A stretch of DNA of 63,564 bases, the filler included, from Collodictyon triciliatum (lineage: Eukaryota), in assembly GCA_043381765.1 (NCBI GenBank). It is 19 parts of 19 records of this genome, joined end to end, with 100 filler letters (N's around TTAATTAATTAA, not from the genome) between each part and the next. Parts side by side here need not be neighbours in the genome. Positions count along the whole stretch, not along the records: positions 1 to 3,307 come from JBHJMP010007497.1; positions 3,408 to 6,714 come from JBHJMP010007498.1; positions 6,815 to 10,120 come from JBHJMP010007499.1; positions 10,221 to 13,526 come from JBHJMP010007500.1; 15 more parts are not named here. One strand, written 5' to 3'. Every line of letters begins with the position of its first letter. Position 1 is the first letter of the stretch. Positions 1 through 10,369 of this stretch are shown piece after piece. The notes beneath the pieces are model-generated. The model ran no database searches. It was not told the DNA's origin and saw only the letters and a list, made by a program, of their open reading frames with translations. The translations under genes and the position numbers were made by a program.

Positions 1-138
1 CTTTTTTCTTTTTTCTTTTTCTTTTTCTTTTTTCTTTTTCTTTTTTCTTTTTTCTGATTTCTTTTTTCTTTTTTCTTTTAAATATCTTTTTATTATTTTG
101 GTTCCTCGCACTGTTTTACTTCATTTTCGAAACAGGCC

Positions 139-2949
139 ATGTGGACAAAGCTGAGACGTTATTGCCCGAGGCTGCATCACTGGCTCTTTGTGGTCGGTTG
201 TTTCATAGGCATCCTCGTTCGTTGTTCTGCATTCTTGGCCGACGCACACAATCTTTTTTCCTCTAGAGTCGAGTTCACGACTCCGTGGAACTCATATAAG
301 CATGGTGACCTCTAGTTAAAAAAAAAAAAGCTATTCACATCTGCTTGCTTGTCTGTGTATCTTGTATATATATATATATATTTGTGTCTTTGGATATATT
401 CATTTTGTTTTCATTGTGTGTTGTTTGTATATGTTATACTGTATCTGTTTTTGTTTGCTTCAATTTGCTTATATGCTCTTTAGGTTTTTTATTTTGTTTG
501 TTTTCCCGTTTGTTGGATTTTTTTCCCCTATTAATACTGCGCATGGCTTGTAGAAACATGTGCAGCAAGATAGCCAATCTTAGTGATGTTCAATTATATT
601 TTTTATCTGCTTTTTACAAAGAGAGAGAATAGCTTCTTATCAATGATGCCCATATTCGCTATCTGCAAAGGTTTGGAAGACGCGTACCTGTACTGTCGAC
701 GAGTTTCTCCATATACCGGACCTGCTGCTCGCCCGCCTCCTCTCCATATTATATTTGCCAGTTTGACCCTCAAGAATCCAATAGTGCCTTTCGTCTCTGC
801 ATGGGAGCATTTTGATGAAAACGACATTCAGAAGCACGGGAATGAATCATTTGTCCTAGACCTGACCAAAAACTGTGAGGTGGAATCCACGCCATGGTTC
901 CTTTTTGTTGGCCTCATACTCATTGACCTTGTTGCAGCATCAGCAATATTCTGCATAGGTCTGATAGTTTATGATGAGGAGCATAAACCACTAGAATATG
1001 CAGCTGCGTTGTCAATGTGGTAAAAGAAAAGCATTTTTAAACTTTTTGGGAGACAAAAATGAATTATTTGATATAACCCGGCAGCATACGAGGTGATCAT
1101 GTTATTTTAACAAATTTTTGTGAAACATAGGTATTTTGTAAATCCACTCAGCATGGGAACAACTCTATCATTGTCTTCATCGCCTCTATATAATGCCTCA
1201 GCTTCTCTAGCTTTGTATTTTTCAATGAAAGGTTAGTTGATGTGTTCCACAATATTACATTATTATGTATTAAAAAAAAAGGAATTTAAAAGAGGCCCGA
1301 TATATCAAATCAATCCATTAAGGGGTTTTCAAATTTCAGGCTACTGGTTCTTCACATCAGTTTTTTCGTCCATCTGTTTCATGCTTTCACCAGACTTCAT
1401 TTTCCTTTTCTACGGTTTATGCAATATTCTTCACAAAAACAGAAAGGTTTTCTTATTCACATATATTTTTGTTTGCAGTAGCTTTAAAAATAAGAAAGGA
1501 AATATGAGTAATAATTGCAGCATAAGTTTCTGATCCAACGATACAATCATCACTTTCTGCAACAAAGGTGGTCTGCATTATCAAAACAATCATTAGCTTT
1601 ATCCTCCTGAACTGCTTTCAAGCATTTGCATTTTACATTGCACTCGGTTCTTGGGATTTTCTGGCAACATACCGGAACATTCTCACGATAAGCGATCTTA
1701 CACCAAACATAGGCCTCTATTGGTATTTCTTTACAGAGATTTTTCCGAATTATCGTGACTTTTTCAACTTTACGTTTATCTACTGCTTTGTTCTCATGGT
1801 TGTACTAGTTGGCATGAGATTCAGGTTTGATCTTTTCAATCTTTTTCATCATTCTCGATCTTGATATGTTATGAAGTAACTTGATCATTCAAAATTGTCA
1901 TTATTGTTGTTATTATTGTTGTTGTTATTATTGTTATTGTTATTATTGTTATTGTTATTATTGTTATTGTTATTATTGTTATTGTTATTATTGTTATTGT
2001 TATTATTGTTATTATTGTTATTATTGTTATTATTGTTATTATTGTTATTATTGTTATTATTGTTATTATTGTTATTATTGTTGTTATTATTATTGACACG
2101 GGCTTATGTAAATAACAAGTTCTATGTTCCTGAGGAGGAAATTACTAATAAAGAATACTCCCATTTTTTTCTCGTTAAGAAATTATGGACTCTTTACATT
2201 CTTCTACTTCATTTGCATCGTTTCGGTCTTCAAACCATATCCCACTGCATCTGATTTCGTTCTAGTTGTTACTTTCATTCCTCTACTTCACCGAGAGTTG
2301 GGATGTAATTTTTCATCTACATCAGATTGCCTCTTTTGTAACATTTGACATCCCAATAACATTTTACATACAATAAATGTGTAATTTGCGAGAGGAAAGA
2401 TATCTTAGTTTAGCAATATGACATGGTCCAAACTAGCAATCAAATATTTTTATTTCTACTTCGTGATTGTGTACAATATTCAAAGGCAAACTGACCTTTT
2501 AGATCTAAAGTATTACATCATATACGGAACTGTGTGTCTCACTACAATTATTGCATTTCCACTTCTCTTTGACATGTGGATATACAAGGTAGATTAGCCA
2601 TCCTTTTTCAAATCATTCGTCGTAAACCCCAGTCAAATATGTTTAGTACAGCACATGAGACAATTTATTTAAAGAAAGAAAATAAGATGAAAATAATTGG
2701 GATGAAAAAAAAAGTCCGTCAAAAAATTCAGCAAGCGAGACTGAATATATTGTTGATATTAAATTTACACAGATTTTTATTCAATTCAACGTGCCTTCTA
2801 ACTACATATAACTCCTATGTAAGGGAACCGAGCATGCAAATTACTTCTTTGCTGCGAACCTCACATTTGCAAGCTGTCAAGTCTGGTTTCTTGTGGACAT
2901 GACCCATTCAATTCTTCGTCATGAGGCAGCAACCAGATCTGGCAAATAA
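139..2949 (+). CDS. PIGU: GPI transamidase subunit PIG-U (CDC91/GAB1), multi-exon
   Basis: Manually spliced exons give ...SSRVEFTTPWNSYKHGLEDAYLY...SPYTG..., YFVNPLS, DLTPNIGLYWYFFTEIF, FKPYPTASD and GTEHANYFFAANL...*. These match PIG-U hallmark motifs. Introns are GT-AG. Confidence 0.9.
1900..2095. repeat. Intronic (TAT/TGT)n microsatellite
   Basis: Directly visible trinucleotide repeat; it produces the spurious poly-L, poly-I and YC ORFs. Confidence 0.95.
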
Positions 2950-3101
2950 AGAGAAAGGAAAATTGGGATGTGGGTATTGAAAATGAAAATAAGCAACATA
3001 ATAAATCCTCCCGAAAGGAGTCAGATCTACCTCTCGATATTTCCTAGGTGAATAAGCCTTGCACAAAATAGTGTCTTGAATACCTTCCTGAAACTCGCCC
3101 G

Positions 3102-3148
<47 letters not shown>

Positions 3149-3307
3149 CACAGTCCGCTCTCTACCCGCACGATTTACGACCCGAAACCTCGACATGTCA
3201 CACTCCCCTTTGGTTTTGCACAAAAACCACACGTATGGCAACCAAGCCGAGCTCAGGTGCGGTGAGCGCAAGCGAAACGCACAAGAGCGAGGTGCCTCAA
3301 CTTGACG

Positions 3308-3407
3308 NNNNNNNNNNNNNNNNNNNNNNNNNNNNNNNNNNNNNNNNNNNNTTAATTAATTAANNNNNNNNNNNNNNNNNNNNNNNNNNNNNNNNNNNNN
3401 NNNNNNN
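3308..3407. other. Artificial contig-join spacer (Ns-TTAATTAATTAA-Ns), first of 18; the last is at 60175-60274
   Basis: The same 100-bp spacer, with stops in all six frames, recurs about every 3.4 kb. Confidence 0.98.
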
Positions 3408-3602
3408 TTTTATTTTATTTTATTTTATTTTATTTTATTTTATTTTATTTTATTTTATTTTATTTTATTTTATTTTATTTTTAACTACATATACATTCTT
3501 ACTCTTATTGTTTCTAATATCATCTTTGGTTTTGCAGCCGAAAAGAGTGATCAAATAAATAAAAATAAAAAAAAAAAGGAAAGGAAGATAGCTCTTTCTA
3601 AC

Positions 3603-3689
3603 CTCGGTCGGACGAGCTGCTGTCTTTGGCTCTCTCTCCTGCAAGTATTTCTCCAAGTCTGATCCTGATAAACCTGACTTGGCGGCCAT
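3603..3689 (-). CDS. Probable first exon of a gene truncated by the contig end (weak resemblance to an Alba/Rpp25 N-terminus)
   Basis: MAAKSGLSGSDLEKYLQEREPKTAARPTE followed by a GT donor and AT-rich intron-like sequence. The family guess is weak. Confidence 0.3.
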
Positions 3690-4715
3690 TACCAGGCTCC
3701 TGAATGGCTTTTTTTGTTCAAAGTTTCTTTGGCTTTTTTTTTTTCGATTCTTATGTATTTGTGATCGATATAGATCGTTTCTTGGCTTCATCGAGTCCGA
3801 CGCGCCACACGAGCTGATCTTCCTGTTTGTTCGCATCGCAGAGAACAGCTTGAAACGGTTGTAGGCGACAAGTCTCCTGTATTTATTATGCTAGAAAATA
3901 ATTACCGTATATTAGTTACCGGGGTTGTTGAGATTTCGTATCCAAATATATCCATTTTACGATGAACAAAGAGTGTGTTGGTCTCCAAAAGNNNNNNNNN
4001 NNNNNNNNNNNNNNNNNNNNNNNNNNNNNNNNNNNNNNNNNNNNNNNNNNNNNNNNNNNNNNNNNNNNNNNNNNNNNNNNNNNNNNNNNNNNNNNNNNNN
4101 NNNNNNNNNNNNNNNNNNNNNNNNNNNNNNNNNNNNNNNNNNNNNNNNNNNNNNNNNNNNNNNNNNNNNNNNNNNNNNNNNNNNNNNNNNNNNNNNNNNN
4201 NNNNNNNNNNNNNNNNNNNNNNNNNNNNNNNNNNNNNNNNNNNNNNNNNNNNNNNNNNNNNNNNNNNNNNNNNNNNNNNNNNNNNNNNNNNNNNNNNNNN
4301 NNNNNNNNNNNNNNNNNNNNNNNNNNNNNNNNNNNNNNNNNNNNNNNNNNNNNNNNNNNNNNNNNNNNNNNNNNNNNNNNNNNNNNNNNNNNNNNNNNNN
4401 NNNNNNNNNNNNNNNNNNNNNNNNNNNNNNNNNNNNNNNNNNNNNNNNNNNNNNNNNNNNNNNNNNNNNNNNNNNNNNNNNNNNNNNNNNNNNNNNNNNN
4501 NNNNNNNNNNNNNNNNNNNNNNNNNNNNNNNNNNNNNNNNNNNNNNNNNNNNNNNNNNNNNNNNNNNNNNNNNNNNNNNNNNNNNNNNNNNNNNNNNNNN
4601 NNNNNNNNNNNNNNNNNNNNNNNNNNNNNNNNNNNNNNNNNNNNNNNNNNNNNNNNNNNNNNNNNNNNNNNNNNNNNNNNNNNNNNNNNNNNNNNNNNNN
4701 NNNNNNNNNNNNNNN

Positions 4716-6041
4716 CAGACATGTGTGAATGTAAGAGTATGGCTCCATATAATCAAACACATTTTTCCGTCGACAATGTTTACTCTTGGATTTCTTTGGC
4801 TGTTTTACCTTCCAGCAGTCATTTTGCCACGAGACAAACTCAGGGGTGTTGTGGAAGAGATTTTATACATTCACGTTCGGGAGGTGTTGGCCCGAACTTT
4901 GACTATGGTATGCTTTGCCATGATATCCGTCTCAACATTTGGCTATGAATTGTCCAAGAATACTATTTATCATTTGTGGCCAGTATTGTATCTCATGTAC
5001 CTGGGTCTATATGCTGTTCAGGTTGCACTCAACTCTCTGATGCCTATGGTGGATATGATGGCAACCGTGTGTATTGTTTACTTCCTCATATTTCATATTT
5101 ATCTGAATTGCAAGAACAATTGCAGAGATAATGTAACCCAGTTTGTACATGTCCGACAAGTCTGTTCAACACTAGCAAAGTGTATAATTGCAGGGATAAT
5201 ATCACTAGTGTCTATTCAATTTATTGTTCAATCTTTCACAAGAGCAAATCTTGTGGGAAAGCTGTTTATTCGATTTGCTATATTCCCAGTCATCAGCTAC
5301 CTAGTACATAATTACCAGCTGCTCATTTTTGGCTATGAGTACCAGGCGTACTTAAAATTTGTTGTGTCTACAACATACATTAGATATCTTCTGCAATATG
5401 CGAGTCGCTCGATGATGATAAGTATTAGTCATAATGCTTTATCTTTAAACTATTTTATGTTTTCACTCGGAGCGAGCCTGATGCAGGCAATCAACAGAAT
5501 GGCATTCAAGAGGAAGTTCCTTCTCTCGAGGAGGATTTTTAAAATTATCCAAACTACACTTCATTCCCTAGTTAAGAGTATCCGGTCTATGACGAGTATA
5601 CCAAAAAATGATGTCTATATCTATGAGTCTGAGGCCATGCAAGGTTCAGTCGAAGAGGGGCAAGTACGAGGGAGTAGTAATGATGATTCCTTTCAGAAAA
5701 ACTTTTGGAGAATTCACGCTATGCATGTTGTCGAATCCGTTCAAATCGACGTACAAACAATAGTTACGACCCCGATACTCTTTTATTTTATTCATAGACT
5801 CTACGAAGAAAGAGGAATCATGCTTATTCCAACATTGTATGAATGTATAATGCAAATATGTATCCAACTTGTTTTTGATTTGACTGCAAACACAATTCTA
5901 TTCCAATACGAACACCACTACCTTCGCATACCTATTCAGAGTGAACTAGAGAAGATGGATTGTGTTTCATCTGTTTCTCGCTTCTGTTTCCTTCTTGGCT
6001 CTCTACTTTTCTTGCATCATATCTTTCACACTTTTTACTAG
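4716..6041 (+). CDS. Intronless multi-pass membrane protein of unknown family (5' end lies in the N gap)
   Basis: About 440 uninterrupted codons with many hydrophobic segments; ends in TAG. Confidence 0.75.
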   Translation, partial: QTCVNVRVWLHIIKHIFPSTMFTLGFLWLFYLPAVILPRDKLRGVVEEILYIHVREVLARTLTMVCFAMISVSTFGYELSKNTIYHLWPVLYLMYLGLYAVQVALNSLMPMVDMMATVCIVYFLIFHIYLNCKNNCRDNVTQFVHVRQVCSTLAKCIIAGIISLVSIQFIVQSFTRANLVGKLFIRFAIFPVISYLVHNYQLLIFGYEYQAYLKFVVSTTYIRYLLQYASRSMMISISHNALSLNYFMFSLGASLMQAINRMAFKRKFLLSRRIFKIIQTTLHSLVKSIRSMTSIPKNDVYIYESEAMQGSVEEGQVRGSSNDDSFQKNFWRIHAMHVVESVQIDVQTIVTTPILFYFIHRLYEERGIMLIPTLYECIMQICIQLVFDLTANTILFQYEHHYLRIPIQSELEKMDCVSSVSRFCFLLGSLLFLHHIFHTFY

Positions 6042-6643
6042 GTTCGTGAACGATATTATATAAAGATTGACAAGAATCTTGGTTGAATAATTTTTCTCAT
6101 ATATATATATATATAGTATTGATGTCTGCTGCATATTATGTTTTTTTAAAAAAAAATATTCTCACTTATAAATTTTATTATATTTATTTTGATGTGGTTG
6201 TGGTTGTTGTTAGATAATACGTTTTGAACGAGGAGGGAGAATATGAAATTGATGATATCGGGGTTTATCCATTGTGTGCGACCATGACAACATCACCACC
6301 CGAGCCTTGGACGCCACCAGTCTGTGCTTTTTTTTTTTTTTTGATGCATTCTTTCGCAGACCCACCCAACAACAACCCTCCCCATCATATCCAAGAATAG
6401 ACACTCGCACGCATAACAATTCCACATATATATACACACCGAGGCCAGCGCAACACACCACGCCTGTGGCGGATCAAGTATGCGCGCAGCCCCAACTTTG
6501 GCCTGGCATGAGGCTGTCAACAGGATCACAGTCACGACGCACACCAGCGATCGGCGGCTGAGAATCTGTGACAAAACAAAACAGTTAAAATAGATAAAAA
6601 AAAAAAAAAAACAAAGAAAAACAAAAAAAACCAAAAAAAAAAA

Positions 6644-6674
<31 letters not shown>

Positions 6675-7072
6675 CCAAAGTAAAACAAACAAAATCAAAT
6701 AAATAAATAAAAAANNNNNNNNNNNNNNNNNNNNNNNNNNNNNNNNNNNNNNNNNNNNTTAATTAATTAANNNNNNNNNNNNNNNNNNNNNNNNNNNNNN
6801 NNNNNNNNNNNNNNTTTTATTTCTCTTTTTTATTTCTCTTTTTTATTTCTCTTTTTTATTTCTCTTTTTTATTTCTCTTTTTTATTTCTCTTTTTTATTT
6901 CTCTTTTTTATTTCTCTTTTTTATTTCTCTTTTTTTTTTCTCTTTTTTCTCTTTTTTCTCTTTTTTCTCTTTTTTCTCTTTTTTCTCTTTTTTCTCTTTT
7001 TTCTCTTTTTTCTCTTTTTTCTCTTTTTTTTCGTGCATAATACAACCAAGAATGATTGAGACAATATAGAAC

Positions 7073-9938
7073 ATGGCCTCCTCTGCTCTTGAGTTCTTTG
7101 GGAAAAAGATATCTGGCCCATATACCATTCCCAGCGGAATTGTCACTGTTACGTTGGACACTGTGCAAGTAAGTTCGTTGAGCTATTATGCCCCTAATGC
7201 AAACCTCTTTTTCTTCTTTTGAAGTGAAATATGTTTCTCGGTTATTTAACCTTCATCTTAAGTTAATCTAATATGATAATGCATAACTGTCGTATATCGA
7301 TTTACTTGGAGGTCAAGACTACTAAACCATAGATTATTATCTTTTGTGTATAAGCTCTTTGAATCGAATAAAGGAAATCTTTTGTGTATAAGCTATTTGA
7401 CAAATATATGTTTACTGACTCGTATCACATTTAAACTTTGACCTGTGAATGATCCCCTTTTTTTTCATTTTTTTTTCATCAGCTTCTCGCCGAGAAAGTC
7501 CCTGCGCTCGGTATCCTCACTACAAAGAGTATCGGTCCCATTCCACGAACAGGAAACAGGTATGTCATCACAGTTTGAAGAAAAGCGAGATGAAAATACT
7601 TCTGTCTGATTCTAGTAGGTTTATTAATATCGTATCTAACTTTTCTCTTTTTCTTTTTTTTCTTTTTCTTTTTGCAGAGAACCTGTTTACGCTCAACTTG
7701 ACAAAGAATCTTACGTGAATGCAGTTGGACTTGCTAATCCTGGATTTGAGGAATTTGCCAAGGAACTAGAGAAGTTAAAGTATGACGTATTCTATTAATG
7801 ATTTAAATCTTTTTCTTTTTTCTTTTTTGGTTCAGAATGCCATCCACCAAAAGGTATATATTTACTTGATTTTCTCCCCTTTTTTCATTTCTTTTTTATA
7901 CTTTCATTTACGATTCAATTAACTGAACACCTTACTTCATATCACAGACTCCCTCAAGACAAAGCTCTTCTCATCTCTATCTTTGGTGGGACTCCGGAAG
8001 AATTTGCCCAGGTATCCATCACAACAAAATTATTTGAACAGTTACCAACTTAAAAAAAAAGCGCTTTCAACGATTTTGTTAAAGTGTGCTGTTAAAATAT
8101 GATGTAATGCAGATTCAAAATTATGCTCATAGAAAAATCACGCTACCCCAAAATTATTGTGTGATGAACTTGTATTCAATAACTGTCTCGTTTCCCATCG
8201 TTTGAATTATTTATTATCAATCAAATGAAAGGAAAGCCAAGAGAGACATTATTCATATCCAATCCTCTTCATTAACGATACATGGCACAATATCAAGGTA
8301 GCCACAGCTTTGGAGGGATATGCAGATGCTTTGGAGCTAAACTTCTCTTGTCCTCACGCTGAAGGTTACGGCCAGCAGATTTGTCAAAAGACGGAGGTAA
8401 GTAGCTTAATTTTTTCTTTCTGAGTACCAGTTTTGATTCCAGAAGTAACCGACTTTTATCACTTTTAATGAAATTAGACCTTTATCCAACACATTCGATT
8501 TGAAAGATATATGCGTTCAATTCTCATTTCTTTGGGATGAATCAAGAATATTATAATATTAATCATTTCATTTCCCAAATCAGATTGCTGTTCATATTGT
8601 CCAAACGGTAAAGGCGATCACCAAGAAGCCAGTCATCCCAAAGCTCTCACCAAACATCGACAATACTGAAGAGCTTGTCAAGGTGAATTTCAATTCAATC
8701 AAATCGAGTATAACGTATTAGAAATCATGTTTATTTTTAGGTTTGTATCACACTGTATTCTGCCATATAAGTACTCTTTACATCGTTATAAAAGTATAAG
8801 AGTGTATTCAAAAAAAAAACACCCCTCCCAAGGCCTTAGTCGCAGCTGGTGCAGATGGATTTACATGCATTAACACATACGGACCAGTCCATAACCCCGA
8901 CCCTATTGCTGGATGCGACATCCTTAGCCGCGGAAAGGTATAGGACTTTGCATCTTGCAAGTAAAGAAAAGGATGTTCAACGTGGAACTGAGCTTCCTTA
9001 CTATACTACAATCGAAAGTTCTTTTTTCTTCATTTTAAGGCGGTGTAGTACGCCGAGGTACCAGGGTCTAAAATCTACTCTTTCTAATAGGGAGGAAAGA
9101 GCGGACCCGCTGTTGTTTTAGAAGGACTCCGCGTGGTCAGCACTGTCCGTCGTGTTTTAAATGACATTGGACGAAGCGACATTCCCATCATTGGTATGGG
9201 TGGAATCTCAACATTCTCGGATGTCAAACGATTCGAACAAGTAATTCGTGTTGAAATTTTTTTTTAAAAAAAAATAATGAAGGGAAAAAAATGAGGAATC
9301 AAATGGGCATCTTGTCCAAAGTTGTATTCGTGTTCATATATTTGGATGACTCTGTTAATCGGCTGTTGCTTCTTTTTTTTTCTACGATAACATAATATGA
9401 ATCTTTGTCTTATTTTTTTTTGCTCGACCTGCCTTGCCGAGGAGTCTCCCGAATTTAGAATAAATATTTGGTTTATGATAATCATATGATTCTGTCAAGG
9501 CTGGTGCGAGTTACTACGGTATCGGAACTGCGCTGACTGGAATGAGCACTGAGGATTTAGTCCAGTACTTCGCTGCCATCGAAAGAGGGGATGGGACCGA
9601 ATCTCGTTTGCTGAAACTTACCCCAGACTCTATGCGATTTAAGGCATTCCATCTCAAGGAGACCAAGATGGTGAATCAGGGGCTGGGTGTTTTAACTTTC
9701 AATGTATGTAGAAACTGTGCATATAGAGTATATATCATAGATAAACAGATGCAGTTTATATCATAACCTTTTTCAACAGAAGTTCTCAAAAGAAATTAAA
9801 AAAGTTTTTAATTCGTATTTTTCCGCTCTGTATGTTGTATATACATCGGCTATTTCTTTTCAGGAAGGCTTGTCTTGTGAACCTGGTCGATTTGTGGAGG
9901 TGTGGGTTCCTGGTTTCGGCGAGAAACCATTTGCCCAG
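7073..9938 (+). CDS. pyrD: Class 1B-type dihydroorotate dehydrogenase (PyrD) fused to a PyrK-like electron-transfer domain; 10 exons visible, 3'-truncated by the contig end
   Basis: Spliced translation: PYTIPSGIV, LTTKSIG..PRTGNREP, VNAVGLANPG, ELNFSCPH, KLSPN, CINT, GGKSG, IIGMGGI, GIGTAL. It continues in frame into EPGRFVEVWVPGFGEKPF, a PyrK/FNR-like FAD-binding motif. Confidence 0.88.
7339..7394 (+). mobile_element. 20-bp LINE 3'-tip insertion with 18-bp target-site duplication, in intron 1 of the DHODH gene
   Basis: atcttttgtgtataagct [ctttgaatcgaataaaggaa] atcttttgtgtataagct. Confidence 0.8.
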
Positions 9939-10369
9939 GTTAGTATTTACTCTTTTATTTCTTCTTTTTTTATTTCTTCTTTTTTTATTTCTTCTTTTTT
10001 TTATTTCTTCTTTTTTTTATTTCTTCTTTTTTTTATTTCTTCTTTTTTTTATTTCTTCTTTTTTTTATTTCTTTTTTTTTATTTCTTCTTTTTTTATTTC
10101 TTCTTTTTTTTTATTTCTTCNNNNNNNNNNNNNNNNNNNNNNNNNNNNNNNNNNNNNNNNNNNNTTAATTAATTAANNNNNNNNNNNNNNNNNNNNNNNN
10201 NNNNNNNNNNNNNNNNNNNNGAACACCCAGCTGTCTTTTTTATACTCAAAAAAAAAAAACTAAAGAGAAACAAAAAGAAAAGACAAGAAAAAGCTTACCC
10301 AAAGCAACAGCGAGTGCCGAAGGAATCCACAGGAGTTTGCCAGCGAGAGAAAGTCTGCGGGTGGACATT

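Noticed and set aside
3902-4762. Long ORFs through N runs (also 11723-12257)
   Set aside because: Artefacts of scaffold gaps.
9040-9057. Possible 18-nt poison exon (aag|gcggtgtagtacgccgag|gt) in a DHODH intron
   Set aside because: Only AG/GT flanks support it, which is easily chance without transcript data.
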